This document shows positions 15,595 to 32,000 of a DNA stretch of 64,000 bases, piece by piece. The notes beneath the pieces were generated by a model. It ran no database searches. It saw nothing but the letters and a program-made list of their open reading frames with translations, and was not told the origin of the DNA. Every line of letters starts with the position of its first letter. Position 1 is the stretch's first letter. Both the position numbers and the translations under genes were made by a program. The DNA is from Schmidtea polychroa (lineage: Eukaryota). Location: the NCBI GenBank assembly GCA_044892525.1, contig CM097885.1, positions 34,288,001 through 34,352,000 of the forward strand, given 5' to 3'.

Positions 15595-16528
15595 TTATTT
15601 ACAATAACAGACATCAGCTCATCACTGGTAAATTCCACTAGAGCTTTATTTTCAAATTTTCATCAAACACCAATCTTATTTCCAACGTTCAAATTCATTA
15701 TCATTTGAATTCAGATCAATATAATATTTCAATTTCAATATTTGACAAGTGACATAAATTTTTTCAAAAATTTAATTGCCGCGAACCGGGATCGAACCAG
15801 TGACCTTTAGATCTTCAGTCTAACGCTCTCCCAACTGAGCTATCGCGGCTTATTTACAATAACAGACATCAGCTCATCACTGGTAAATTCCACTAGAGCT
15901 TTATTTTCAAATTTTCATCAAACACCAATCTTATTTCCAACGTTCAAATTCATTATCATTTGAATTCAGATCAATATAATATTTCAATTTCAATATTTGA
16001 CAAGTGACATAAATTTTTTCAAAAATTTAATTGCCGCGAACCGGGATCGAACCAGTGACCTTTAGATCTTCAGTCTAACGCTCTCCCAACTGAGCTATCG
16101 CGGCTTATTTACAATAACAGACATCAGCTCATCACTGGTAAATTCCACTAGAGCTTTATTTTCAAATTTTCATCAAACACCAATCTTATTTCCAACGTTC
16201 AAATTCATTATCATTTGAATTCAGATCAATATAATATTTCAATTTCAATATTTGACAAGTGACATAAATTTTTTCAAAAATTTAATTGCCGCGAACCGGG
16301 ATCGAACCAGTGACCTTTAGATCTTCAGTCTAACGCTCTCCCAACTGAGCTATCGCGGCTTATTTACAATAACAGACATCAGCTCATCACTGGTAAATTC
16401 CACTAGAGCTTTATTTTCAAATTTTCATCAAACACCAATCTTATTTCCAACGTTCAAATTCATTATCATTTGAATTCAGATCAATATAATATTTCAATTT
16501 CAATATTTGACAAGTGACATAAATTTTT

Positions 16529-17028
16529 NNNNNNNNNNNNNNNNNNNNNNNNNNNNNNNNNNNNNNNNNNNNNNNNNNNNNNNNNNNNNNNNNNNNNNNN
16601 NNNNNNNNNNNNNNNNNNNNNNNNNNNNNNNNNNNNNNNNNNNNNNNNNNNNNNNNNNNNNNNNNNNNNNNNNNNNNNNNNNNNNNNNNNNNNNNNNNNN
16701 NNNNNNNNNNNNNNNNNNNNNNNNNNNNNNNNNNNNNNNNNNNNNNNNNNNNNNNNNNNNNNNNNNNNNNNNNNNNNNNNNNNNNNNNNNNNNNNNNNNN
16801 NNNNNNNNNNNNNNNNNNNNNNNNNNNNNNNNNNNNNNNNNNNNNNNNNNNNNNNNNNNNNNNNNNNNNNNNNNNNNNNNNNNNNNNNNNNNNNNNNNNN
16901 NNNNNNNNNNNNNNNNNNNNNNNNNNNNNNNNNNNNNNNNNNNNNNNNNNNNNNNNNNNNNNNNNNNNNNNNNNNNNNNNNNNNNNNNNNNNNNNNNNNN
17001 NNNNNNNNNNNNNNNNNNNNNNNNNNNN
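16529..17028. other. Assembly gap (500 N) inside the array
   Basis: Run of N flanked by array units in the same orientation. Confidence 0.99.
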
Positions 17029-20000
17029 AAAATTTAATTGCCGCGAACCGGGATCGAACCAGTGACCTTTAGATCTTCAGTCTAACGCTCTCCCAACTGA
17101 GCTATCGCGGCTTATTTACAATAACAGACATCAGCTCATCACTGGTAAATTCCACTAGAGCTTTATTTTCAAATTTTCATCAAACACCAATCTTATTTCC
17201 AACGTTCAAATTCATTATCATTTGAATTCAGATCAATATAATATTTCAATTTCAATATTTGACAAGTGACATAAATTTTTTCAAAAATTTAATTGCCGCG
17301 AACCGGGATCGAACCAGTGACCTTTAGATCTTCAGTCTAACGCTCTCCCAACTGAGCTATCGCGGCTTATTTACAATAACAGACATCACGTCATCACTGG
17401 TAAATTCCACTAGAGCTTTATTTTCAAATTTTCATCAAACACCAATCTTATTTCCAACGTTCAAATTCATTATCATTTGAATTCAGATCAATATAATATT
17501 TCAATTTCAATATTTGACAAGTGACATAAATTTTTTCAAAAATTTAATTGCCGCGAACCGGGATCGAACCAGTGACCTTTAGATCTTCAGTCTAACGCTC
17601 TCCCAACTGAGCTATCGCGGCTTATTTACAATAACAGACATCAGCTCATCACTGGTAAATTCCACTAGAGCTTTATTTTCAAATTTTCATCAAACACCAA
17701 TCTTATTTCCAACGTTCAAATTCATTATCATTTGAATTCAGATCAATATAATATTTCAATTTCAATATTTGACAAGTGACATAAATTTTTTCAAAAATTT
17801 AATTGCCGCGAACCGGGATCGAACCAGTGACCTTTAGATCTTCAGTCTAACGCTCTCCCAACTGAGCTATCGCGGCTTATTTACAATAACAGACATCAGC
17901 TCATCACTGGTAAATTCCACTAGAGCTTTATTTTCAAATTTTCATCAAACACCAATCTTATTTCCAACGTTCAAATTCATTATCATTTGAATTCAGATCA
18001 ATATAATATTTCAATTTCAATATTTGACAAGTGACATAAATTTTTTCAAAAATTTAATTGCCGCGAACCGGGATCGAACCAGTGACCTTTAGATCTTCAG
18101 TCTAACGCTCTCCCAACTGAGCTATCGCGGCTTATTTACAATAACAGACATCAGCTCATCACTGGTAAATTCCACTAGAGCTTTATTTTCAAATTTTCAT
18201 CAAACACCAATCTTATTTCCAACGTTCAAATTCATTATCATTTGAATTCAGATCAATATAATATTTCAATTTCAATATTTGACAAGTGACATAAATTTTT
18301 TCAAAAATTTAATTGCCGCGAACCGGGATCGAACCAGTGACCTTTAGATCTTCAGTCTAACGCTCTCCCAACTGAGCTATCGCGGCTTATTTACAATAAC
18401 AGACATCAGCTCATCACTGGTAAATTCCACTAGAGCTTTATTTTCAAATTTTCATCAAACACCAATCTTATTTCCAACGTTCAAATTCATTATCATTTGA
18501 ATTCAGATCAATATAATATTTCAATTTCAATATTTGACAAGTGACATAAATTTTTTCAAAAATTTAATTGCCGCGAACCGGGATCGAACCAGTGACCTTT
18601 AGATCTTCAGTCTAACGCTCTCCCAACTGAGCTATCGCGGCTTATTTACAATAACAGACATCAGCTCATCACTGGTAAATTCCACTAGAGCTTTATTTTC
18701 AAATTTTCATCAAACACCAATCTTATTTCCAACGTTCAAATTCATTATCATTTGAATTCAGATCAATATAATATTTCAATTTCAATATTTGACAAGTGAC
18801 ATAAATTTTTTCAAAAATTTAATTGCCGCGAACCGGGATCGAACCAGTGACCTTTAGATCTTCAGTCTAACGCTCTCCCAACTGAGCTATCGCGGCTTAT
18901 TTACAATAACAGACATCAGCTCATCACTGGTAAATTCCACTAGAGCTTTATTTTCAAATTTTCATCAAACACCAATCTTATTTCCAACGTTCAAATTCAT
19001 TATCATTTGAATTCAGATCAATATAATATTTCAATTTCAATATTTGACAAGTGACATAAATTTTTTCAAAAATTTAATTGCCGCGAACCGGGATCGAACC
19101 AGTGACCTTTAGATCTTCAGTCTAACGCTCTCCCAACTGAGCTATCGCGGCTTATTTACAATAACAGACATCAGCTCATCACTGGTAAATTCCACTAGAG
19201 CTTTATTTTCAAATTTTCATCAAACACCAATCTTATTTCCAACGTTCAAATTCATTATCATTTGAATTCAGATCAATATAATATTTCAATTTCAATATTT
19301 GACAAGTGACATAAATTTTTTCAAAAATTTAATTGCCGCGAACCGGGATCGAACCAGTGACCTTTAGATCTTCAGTCTAACGCTCTCCCAACTGAGCTAT
19401 CGCGGCTTATTTACAATAACAGACATCAGCTCATCACTGGTAAATTCCACTAGAGCTTTATTTTCAAATTTTCATCAAACACCAATCTTATTTCCAACGT
19501 TCAAATTCATTATCATTTGAATTCAGATCAATATAATATTTCAATTTCAATATTTGACAAGTGACATAAATTTTTTCAAAAATTTAATTGCCGCGAACCG
19601 GGATCGAACCAGTGACCTTTAGATCTTCAGTCTAACGCTCTCCCAACTGAGCTATCGCGGCTTATTTACAATAACAGACATCAGCTCATCACTGGTAAAT
19701 TCCACTAGAGCTTTATTTTCAAATTTTCATCAAACACCAATCTTATTTCCAACGTTCAAATTCATTATCATTTGAATTCAGATCAATATAATATTTCAAT
19801 TTCAATATTTGACAAGTGACATAAATTTTTTCAAAAATTTAATTGCCGCGAACCGGGATCGAACCAGTGACCTTTAGATCTTCAGTCTAACGCTCTCCCA
19901 ACTGAGCTATCGCGGCTTATTTACAATAACAGACATCAGCTCATCACTGGTAAATTCCACTAGAGCTTTATTTTCAAATTTTCATCAAACACCAATCTTA

Positions 20001-23000
20001 TTTCCAACGTTCAAATTCATTATCATTTGAATTCAGATCAATATAATATTTCAATTTCAATATTTGACAAGTGACATAAATTTTTTCAAAAATTTAATTG
20101 CCGCGAACCGGGATCGAACCAGTGACCTTTAGATCTTCAGTCTAACGCTCTCCCAACTGAGCTATCGCGGCTTATTTACAATAACAGACATCAGCTCATC
20201 ACTGGTAAATTCCACTAGAGCTTTATTTTCAAATTTTCATCAAACACCAATCTTATTTCCAACGTTCAAATTCATTATCATTTGAATTCAGATCAATATA
20301 ATATTTCAATTTCAATATTTGACAAGTGACATAAATTTTTTCAAAAATTTAATTGCCGCGAACCGGGATCGAACCAGTGACCTTTAGATCTTCAGTCTAA
20401 CGCTCTCCCAACTGAGCTATCGCGGCTTATTTACAATAACAGACATCAGCTCATCACTGGTAAATTCCACTAGAGCTTTATTTTCAAATTTTCATCAAAC
20501 ACCAATCTTATTTCCAACGTTCAAATTCATTATCATTTGAATTCAGATCAATATAATATTTCAATTTCAATATTTGACAAGTGACATAAATTTTTTCAAA
20601 AATTTAATTGCCGCGAACCGGGATCGAACCAGTGACCTTTAGATCTTCAGTCTAACGCTCTCCCAACTGAGCTATCGCGGCTTATTTACAATAACAGACA
20701 TCAGCTCATCACTGGTAAATTCCACTAGAGCTTTATTTTCAAATTTTCATCAAACACCAATCTTATTTCCAACGTTCAAATTCATTATCATTTGAATTCA
20801 GATCAATATAATATTTCAATTTCAATATTTGACAAGTGACATAAATTTTTTCAAAAATTTAATTGCCGCGAACCGGGATCGAACCAGTGACCTTTAGATC
20901 TTCAGTCTAACGCTCTCCCAACTGAGCTATCGCGGCTTATTTACAATAACAGACATCAGCTCATCACTGGTAAATTCCACTAGAGCTTTATTTTCAAATT
21001 TTCATCAAACACCAATCTTATTTCCAACGTTCAAATTCATTATCATTTGAATTCAGATCAATATAATATTTCAATTTCAATATTTGACAAGTGACATAAA
21101 TTTTTTCAAAAATTTAATTGCCGCGAACCGGGATCGAACCAGTGACCTTTAGATCTTCAGTCTAACGCTCTCCCAACTGAGCTATCGCGGCTTATTTACA
21201 ATAACAGACATCAGCTCATCACTGGTAAATTCCACTAGAGCTTTATTTTCAAATTTTCATCAAACACCAATCTTATTTCCAACGTTCAAATTCATTATCA
21301 TTTGAATTCAGATCAATATAATATTTCAATTTCAATATTTGACAAGTGACATAAATTTTTTCAAAAATTTAATTGCCGCGAACCGGGATCGAACCAGTGA
21401 CCTTTAGATCTTCAGTCTAACGCTCTCCCAACTGAGCTATCGCGGCTTATTTACAATAACAGACATCAGCTCATCACTGGTAAATTCCACTAGAGCTTTA
21501 TTTTCAAATTTTCATCAAACACCAATCTTATTTCCAACGTTCAAATTCATTATCATTTGAATTCAGATCAATATAATATTTCAATTTCAATATTTGACAA
21601 GTGACATAAATTTTTTCAAAAATTTAATTGCCGCGAACCGGGATCGAACCAGTGACCTTTAGATCTTCAGTCTAACGCTCTCCCAACTGAGCTATCGCGG
21701 CTTATTTACAATAACAGACATCAGCTCATCACTGGTAAATTCCACTAGAGCTTTATTTTCAAATTTTCATCAAACACCAATCTTATTTCCAACGTTCAAA
21801 TTCATTATCATTTGAATTCAGATCAATATAATATTTCAATTTCAATATTTGACAAGTGACATAAATTTTTTCAAAAATTTAATTGCCGCGAACCGGGATC
21901 GAACCAGTGACCTTTAGATCTTCAGTCTAACGCTCTCCCAACTGAGCTATCGCGGCTTATTTACAATAACAGACATCAGCTCATCACTGGTAAATTCCAC
22001 TAGAGCTTTATTTTCAAATTTTCATCAAACACCAATCTTATTTCCAACGTTCAAATTCATTATCATTTGAATTCAGATCAATATAATATTTCAATTTCAA
22101 TATTTGACAAGTGACATAAATTTTTTCAAAAATTTAATTGCCGCGAACCGGGATCGAACCAGTGACCTTTAGATCTTCAGTCTAACGCTCTCCCAACTGA
22201 GCTATCGCGGCTTATTTACAATAACAGACATCAGCTCATCACTGGTAAATTCCACTAGAGCTTTATTTTCAAATTTTCATCAAACACCAATCTTATTTCC
22301 AACGTTCAAATTCATTATCATTTGAATTCAGATCAATATAATATTTCAATTTCAATATTTGACAAGTGACATAAATTTTTTCAAAAATTTAATTGCCGCG
22401 AACCGGGATCGAACCAGTGACCTTTAGATCTTCAGTCTAACGCTCTCCCAACTGAGCTATCGCGGCTTATTTACAATAACAGACATCAGCTCATCACTGG
22501 TAAATTCCACTAGAGCTTTATTTTCAAATTTTCATCAAACACCAATCTTATTTCCAACGTTCAAATTCATTATCATTTGAATTCAGATCAATATAATATT
22601 TCAATTTCAATATTTGACAAGTGACATAAATTTTTTCAAAAATTTAATTGCCGCGAACCGGGATCGAACCAGTGACCTTTAGATCTTCAGTCTAACGCTC
22701 TCCCAACTGAGCTATCGCGGCTTATTTACAATAACAGACATCAGCTCATCACTGGTAAATTCCACTAGAGCTTTATTTTCAAATTTTCATCAAACACCAA
22801 TCTTATTTCCAACGTTCAAATTCATTATCATTTGAATTCAGATCAATATAATATTTCAATTTCAATATTTGACAAGTGACATAAATTTTTTCAAAAATTT
22901 AATTGCCGCGAACCGGGATCGAACCAGTGACCTTTAGATCTTCAGTCTAACGCTCTCCCAACTGAGCTATCGCGGCTTATTTACAATAACAGACATCAGC

Positions 23001-26000
23001 TCATCACTGGTAAATTCCACTAGAGCTTTATTTTCAAATTTTCATCAAACACCAATCTTATTTCCAACGTTCAAATTCATTATCATTTGAATTCAGATCA
23101 ATATAATATTTCAATTTCAATATTTGACAAGTGACATAAATTTTTTCAAAAATTTAATTGCCGCGAACCGGGATCGAACCAGTGACCTTTAGATCTTCAG
23201 TCTAACGCTCTCCCAACTGAGCTATCGCGGCTTATTTACAATAACAGACATCAGCTCATCACTGGTAAATTCCACTAGAGCTTTATTTTCAAATTTTCAT
23301 CAAACACCAATCTTATTTCCAACGTTCAAATTCATTATCATTTGAATTCAGATCAATATAATATTTCAATTTCAATATTTGACAAGTGACATAAATTTTT
23401 TCAAAAATTTAATTGCCGCGAACCGGGATCGAACCAGTGACCTTTAGATCTTCAGTCTAACGCTCTCCCAACTGAGCTATCGCGGCTTATTTACAATAAC
23501 AGACATCAGCTCATCACTGGTAAATTCCACTAGAGCTTTATTTTCAAATTTTCATCAAACACCAATCTTATTTCCAACGTTCAAATTCATTATCATTTGA
23601 ATTCAGATCAATATAATATTTCAATTTCAATATTTGACAAGTGACATAAATTTTTTCAAAAATTTAATTGCCGCGAACCGGGATCGAACCAGTGACCTTT
23701 AGATCTTCAGTCTAACGCTCTCCCAACTGAGCTATCGCGGCTTATTTACAATAACAGACATCAGCTCATCACTGGTAAATTCCACTAGAGCTTTATTTTC
23801 AAATTTTCATCAAACACCAATCTTATTTCCAACGTTCAAATTCATTATCATTTGAATTCAGATCAATATAATATTTCAATTTCAATATTTGACAAGTGAC
23901 ATAAATTTTTTCAAAAATTTAATTGCCGCGAACCGGGATCGAACCAGTGACCTTTAGATCTTCAGTCTAACGCTCTCCCAACTGAGCTATCGCGGCTTAT
24001 TTACAATAACAGACATCAGCTCATCACTGGTAAATTCCACTAGAGCTTTATTTTCAAATTTTCATCAAACACCAATCTTATTTCCAACGTTCAAATTCAT
24101 TATCATTTGAATTCAGATCAATATAATATTTCAATTTCAATATTTGACAAGTGACATAAATTTTTTCAAAAATTTAATTGCCGCGAACCGGGATCGAACC
24201 AGTGACCTTTAGATCTTCAGTCTAACGCTCTCCCAACTGAGCTATCGCGGCTTATTTACAATAACAGACATCAGCTCATCACTGGTAAATTCCACTAGAG
24301 CTTTATTTTCAAATTTTCATCAAACACCAATCTTATTTCCAACGTTCAAATTCATTATCATTTGAATTCAGATCAATATAATATTTCAATTTCAATATTT
24401 GACAAGTGACATAAATTTTTTCAAAAATTTAATTGCCGCGAACCGGGATCGAACCAGTGACCTTTAGATCTTCAGTCTAACGCTCTCCCAACTGAGCTAT
24501 CGCGGCTTATTTACAATAACAGACATCAGCTCATCACTGGTAAATTCCACTAGAGCTTTATTTTCAAATTTTCATCAAACACCAATCTTATTTCCAACGT
24601 TCAAATTCATTATCATTTGAATTCAGATCAATATAATATTTCAATTTCAATATTTGACAAGTGACATAAATTTTTTCAAAAATTTAATTGCCGCGAACCG
24701 GGATCGAACCAGTGACCTTTAGATCTTCAGTCTAACGCTCTCCCAACTGAGCTATCGCGGCTTATTTACAATAACAGACATCAGCTCATCACTGGTAAAT
24801 TCCACTAGAGCTTTATTTTCAAATTTTCATCAAACACCAATCTTATTTCCAACGTTCAAATTCATTATCATTTGAATTCAGATCAATATAATATTTCAAT
24901 TTCAATATTTGACAAGTGACATAAATTTTTTCAAAAATTTAATTGCCGCGAACCGGGATCGAACCAGTGACCTTTAGATCTTCAGTCTAACGCTCTCCCA
25001 ACTGAGCTATCGCGGCTTATTTACAATAACAGACATCAGCTCATCACTGGTAAATTCCACTAGAGCTTTATTTTCAAATTTTCATCAAACACCAATCTTA
25101 TTTCCAACGTTCAAATTCATTATCATTTGAATTCAGATCAATATAATATTTCAATTTCAATATTTGACAAGTGACATAAATTTTTTCAAAAATTTAATTG
25201 CCGCGAACCGGGATCGAACCAGTGACCTTTAGATCTTCAGTCTAACGCTCTCCCAACTGAGCTATCGCGGCTTATTTACAATAACAGACATCAGCTCATC
25301 ACTGGTAAATTCCACTAGAGCTTTATTTTCAAATTTTCATCAAACACCAATCTTATTTCCAACGTTCAAATTCATTATCATTTGAATTCAGATCAATATA
25401 ATATTTCAATTTCAATATTTGACAAGTGACATAAATTTTTTCAAAAATTTAATTGCCGCGAACCGGGATCGAACCAGTGACCTTTAGATCTTCAGTCTAA
25501 CGCTCTCCCAACTGAGCTATCGCGGCTTATTTACAATAACAGACATCAGCTCATCACTGGTAAATTCCACTAGAGCTTTATTTTCAAATTTTCATCAAAC
25601 ACCAATCTTATTTCCAACGTTCAAATTCATTATCATTTGAATTCAGATCAATATAATATTTCAATTTCAATATTTGACAAGTGACATAAATTTTTTCAAA
25701 AATTTAATTGCCGCGAACCGGGATCGAACCAGTGACCTTTAGATCTTCAGTCTAACGCTCTCCCAACTGAGCTATCGCGGCTTATTTACAATAACAGACA
25801 TCAGCTCATCACTGGTAAATTCCACTAGAGCTTTATTTTCAAATTTTCATCAAACACCAATCTTATTTCCAACGTTCAAATTCATTATCATTTGAATTCA
25901 GATCAATATAATATTTCAATTTCAATATTTGACAAGTGACATAAATTTTTTCAAAAATTTAATTGCCGCGAACCGGGATCGAACCAGTGACCTTTAGATC

Positions 26001-29000
26001 TTCAGTCTAACGCTCTCCCAACTGAGCTATCGCGGCTTATTTACAATAACAGACATCAGCTCATCACTGGTAAATTCCACTAGAGCTTTATTTTCAAATT
26101 TTCATCAAACACCAATCTTATTTCCAACGTTCAAATTCATTATCATTTGAATTCAGATCAATATAATATTTCAATTTCAATATTTGACAAGTGACATAAA
26201 TTTTTTCAAAAATTTAATTGCCGCGAACCGGGATCGAACCAGTGACCTTTAGATCTTCAGTCTAACGCTCTCCCAACTGAGCTATCGCGGCTTATTTACA
26301 ATAACAGACATCAGCTCATCACTGGTAAATTCCACTAGAGCTTTATTTTCAAATTTTCATCAAACACCAATCTTATTTCCAACGTTCAAATTCATTATCA
26401 TTTGAATTCAGATCAATATAATATTTCAATTTCAATATTTGACAAGTGACATAAATTTTTTCAAAAATTTAATTGCCGCGAACCGGGATCGAACCAGTGA
26501 CCTTTAGATCTTCAGTCTAACGCTCTCCCAACTGAGCTATCGCGGCTTATTTACAATAACAGACATCAGCTCATCACTGGTAAATTCCACTAGAGCTTTA
26601 TTTTCAAATTTTCATCAAACACCAATCTTATTTCCAACGTTCAAATTCATTATCATTTGAATTCAGATCAATATAATATTTCAATTTCAATATTTGACAA
26701 GTGACATAAATTTTTTCAAAAATTTAATTGCCGCGAACCGGGATCGAACCAGTGACCTTTAGATCTTCAGTCTAACGCTCTCCCAACTGAGCTATCGCGG
26801 CTTATTTACAATAACAGACATCAGCTCATCACTGGTAAATTCCACTAGAGCTTTATTTTCAAATTTTCATCAAACACCAATCTTATTTCCAACGTTCAAA
26901 TTCATTATCATTTGAATTCAGATCAATATAATATTTCAATTTCAATATTTGACAAGTGACATAAATTTTTTCAAAAATTTAATTGCCGCGAACCGGGATC
27001 GAACCAGTGACCTTTAGATCTTCAGTCTAACGCTCTCCCAACTGAGCTATCGCGGCTTATTTACAATAACAGACATCAGCTCATCACTGGTAAATTCCAC
27101 TAGAGCTTTATTTTCAAATTTTCATCAAACACCAATCTTATTTCCAACGTTCAAATTCATTATCATTTGAATTCAGATCAATATAATATTTCAATTTCAA
27201 TATTTGACAAGTGACATAAATTTTTTCAAAAATTTAATTGCCGCGAACCGGGATCGAACCAGTGACCTTTAGATCTTCAGTCTAACGCTCTCCCAACTGA
27301 GCTATCGCGGCTTATTTACAATAACAGACATCAGCTCATCACTGGTAAATTCCACTAGAGCTTTATTTTCAAATTTTCATCAAACACCAATCTTATTTCC
27401 AACGTTCAAATTCATTATCATTTGAATTCAGATCAATATAATATTTCAATTTCAATATTTGACAAGTGACATAAATTTTTTCAAAAATTTAATTGCCGCG
27501 AACCGGGATCGAACCAGTGACCTTTAGATCTTCAGTCTAACGCTCTCCCAACTGAGCTATCGCGGCTTATTTACAATAACAGACATCAGCTCATCACTGG
27601 TAAATTCCACTAGAGCTTTATTTTCAAATTTTCATCAAACACCAATCTTATTTCCAACGTTCAAATTCATTATCATTTGAATTCAGATCAATATAATATT
27701 TCAATTTCAATATTTGACAAGTGACATAAATTTTTTCAAAAATTTAATTGCCGCGAACCGGGATCGAACCAGTGACCTTTAGATCTTCAGTCTAACGCTC
27801 TCCCAACTGAGCTATCGCGGCTTATTTACAATAACAGACATCAGCTCATCACTGGTAAATTCCACTAGAGCTTTATTTTCAAATTTTCATCAAACACCAA
27901 TCTTATTTCCAACGTTCAAATTCATTATCATTTGAATTCAGATCAATATAATATTTCAATTTCAATATTTGACAAGTGACATAAATTTTTTCAAAAATTT
28001 AATTGCCGCGAACCGGGATCGAACCAGTGACCTTTAGATCTTCAGTCTAACGCTCTCCCAACTGAGCTATCGCGGCTTATTTACAATAACAGACATCAGC
28101 TCATCACTGGTAAATTCCACTAGAGCTTTATTTTCAAATTTTCATCAAACACCAATCTTATTTCCAACGTTCAAATTCATTATCATTTGAATTCAGATCA
28201 ATATAATATTTCAATTTCAATATTTGACAAGTGACATAAATTTTTTCAAAAATTTAATTGCCGCGAACCGGGATCGAACCAGTGACCTTTAGATCTTCAG
28301 TCTAACGCTCTCCCAACTGAGCTATCGCGGCTTATTTACAATAACAGACATCAGCTCATCACTGGTAAATTCCACTAGAGCTTTATTTTCAAATTTTCAT
28401 CAAACACCAATCTTATTTCCAACGTTCAAATTCATTATCATTTGAATTCAGATCAATATAATATTTCAATTTCAATATTTGACAAGTGACATAAATTTTT
28501 TCAAAAATTTAATTGCCGCGAACCGGGATCGAACCAGTGACCTTTAGATCTTCAGTCTAACGCTCTCCCAACTGAGCTATCGCGGCTTATTTACAATAAC
28601 AGACATCAGCTCATCACTGGTAAATTCCACTAGAGCTTTATTTTCAAATTTTCATCAAACACCAATCTTATTTCCAACGTTCAAATTCATTATCATTTGA
28701 ATTCAGATCAATATAATATTTCAATTTCAATATTTGACAAGTGACATAAATTTTTTCAAAAATTTAATTGCCGCGAACCGGGATCGAACCAGTGACCTTT
28801 AGATCTTCAGTCTAACGCTCTCCCAACTGAGCTATCGCGGCTTATTTACAATAACAGACATCAGCTCATCACTGGTAAATTCCACTAGAGCTTTATTTTC
28901 AAATTTTCATCAAACACCAATCTTATTTCCAACGTTCAAATTCATTATCATTTGAATTCAGATCAATATAATATTTCAATTTCAATATTTGACAAGTGAC

Positions 29001-32000
29001 ATAAATTTTTTCAAAAATTTAATTGCCGCGAACCGGGATCGAACCAGTGACCTTTAGATCTTCAGTCTAACGCTCTCCCAACTGAGCTATCGCGGCTTAT
29101 TTACAATAACAGACATCAGCTCATCACTGGTAAATTCCACTAGAGCTTTATTTTCAAATTTTCATCAAACACCAATCTTATTTCCAACGTTCAAATTCAT
29201 TATCATTTGAATTCAGATCAATATAATATTTCAATTTCAATATTTGACAAGTGACATAAATTTTTTCAAAAATTTAATTGCCGCGAACCGGGATCGAACC
29301 AGTGACCTTTAGATCTTCAGTCTAACGCTCTCCCAACTGAGCTATCGCGGCTTATTTACAATAACAGACATCAGCTCATCACTGGTAAATTCCACTAGAG
29401 CTTTATTTTCAAATTTTCATCAAACACCAATCTTATTTCCAACGTTCAAATTCATTATCATTTGAATTCAGATCAATATAATATTTCAATTTCAATATTT
29501 GACAAGTGACATAAATTTTTTCAAAAATTTAATTGCCGCGAACCGGGATCGAACCAGTGACCTTTAGATCTTCAGTCTAACGCTCTCCCAACTGAGCTAT
29601 CGCGGCTTATTTACAATAACAGACATCAGCTCATCACTGGTAAATTCCACTAGAGCTTTATTTTCAAATTTTCATCAAACACCAATCTTATTTCCAACGT
29701 TCAAATTCATTATCATTTGAATTCAGATCAATATAATATTTCAATTTCAATATTTGACAAGTGACATAAATTTTTTCAAAAATTTAATTGCCGCGAACCG
29801 GGATCGAACCAGTGACCTTTAGATCTTCAGTCTAACGCTCTCCCAACTGAGCTATCGCGGCTTATTTACAATAACAGACATCAGCTCATCACTGGTAAAT
29901 TCCACTAGAGCTTTATTTTCAAATTTTCATCAAACACCAATCTTATTTCCAACGTTCAAATTCATTATCATTTGAATTCAGATCAATATAATATTTCAAT
30001 TTCAATATTTGACAAGTGACATAAATTTTTTCAAAAATTTAATTGCCGCGAACCGGGATCGAACCAGTGACCTTTAGATCTTCAGTCTAACGCTCTCCCA
30101 ACTGAGCTATCGCGGCTTATTTACAATAACAGACATCAGCTCATCACTGGTAAATTCCACTAGAGCTTTATTTTCAAATTTTCATCAAACACCAATCTTA
30201 TTTCCAACGTTCAAATTCATTATCATTTGAATTCAGATCAATATAATATTTCAATTTCAATATTTGACAAGTGACATAAATTTTTTCAAAAATTTAATTG
30301 CCGCGAACCGGGATCGAACCAGTGACCTTTAGATCTTCAGTCTAACGCTCTCCCAACTGAGCTATCGCGGCTTATTTACAATAACAGACATCAGCTCATC
30401 ACTGGTAAATTCCACTAGAGCTTTATTTTCAAATTTTCATCAAACACCAATCTTATTTCCAACGTTCAAATTCATTATCATTTGAATTCAGATCAATATA
30501 ATATTTCAATTTCAATATTTGACAAGTGACATAAATTTTTTCAAAAATTTAATTGCCGCGAACCGGGATCGAACCAGTGACCTTTAGATCTTCAGTCTAA
30601 CGCTCTCCCAACTGAGCTATCGCGGCTTATTTACAATAACAGACATCAGCTCATCACTGGTAAATTCCACTAGAGCTTTATTTTCAAATTTTCATCAAAC
30701 ACCAATCTTATTTCCAACGTTCAAATTCATTATCATTTGAATTCAGATCAATATAATATTTCAATTTCAATATTTGACAAGTGACATAAATTTTTTCAAA
30801 AATTTAATTGCCGCGAACCGGGATCGAACCAGTGACCTTTAGATCTTCAGTCTAACGCTCTCCCAACTGAGCTATCGCGGCTTATTTACAATAACAGACA
30901 TCAGCTCATCACTGGTAAATTCCACTAGAGCTTTATTTTCAAATTTTCATCAAACACCAATCTTATTTCCAACGTTCAAATTCATTATCATTTGAATTCA
31001 GATCAATATAATATTTCAATTTCAATATTTGACAAGTGACATAAATTTTTTCAAAAATTTAATTGCCGCGAACCGGGATCGAACCAGTGACCTTTAGATC
31101 TTCAGTCTAACGCTCTCCCAACTGAGCTATCGCGGCTTATTTACAATAACAGACATCAGCTCATCACTGGTAAATTCCACTAGAGCTTTATTTTCAAATT
31201 TTCATCAAACACCAATCTTATTTCCAACGTTCAAATTCATTATCATTTGAATTCAGATCAATATAATATTTCAATTTCAATATTTGACAAGTGACATAAA
31301 TTTTTTCAAAAATTTAATTGCCGCGAACCGGGATCGAACCAGTGACCTTTAGATCTTCAGTCTAACGCTCTCCCAACTGAGCTATCGCGGCTTATTTACA
31401 ATAACAGACATCAGCTCATCACTGGTAAATTCCACTAGAGCATTATTTTCAAATTTTCATCAAACACCAATCTTATTTCCAACGTTCAAATTCATTATCA
31501 TTTGAATTCAGATCAATATAATATTTCAATTTCAATATTTGACAAGTGACATAAATTTTTTCAAAAATTTAATTGCCGCGAACCGGGATCGAACCAGTGA
31601 CCTTTAGATCTTCAGTCTAACGCTCTCCCAACTGAGCTATCGCGGCTTATTTACAATAACAGACATCAGCTCATCACTGGTAAATTCCACTAGAGCTTTA
31701 TTTTCAAATTTTCATCAAACACCAATCTTATTTCCAACGTTCAAATTCATTATCATTTGAATTCAGATCAATATAATATTTCAATTTCAATATTTGACAA
31801 GTGACATAAATTTTTTCAAAAATTTAATTGCCGCGAACCGGGATCGAACCAGTGACCTTTAGATCTTCAGTCTAACGCTCTCCCAACTGAGCTATCGCGG
31901 CTTATTTACAATAACAGACATCAGCTCATCACTGGTAAATTCCACTAGAGCTTTATTTTCAAATTTTCATCAAACACCAATCTTATTTCCAACGTTCAAA

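Noticed and set aside
16507..17037. 176-aa ORF
   Set aside because: Artefact of translating through the N gap.
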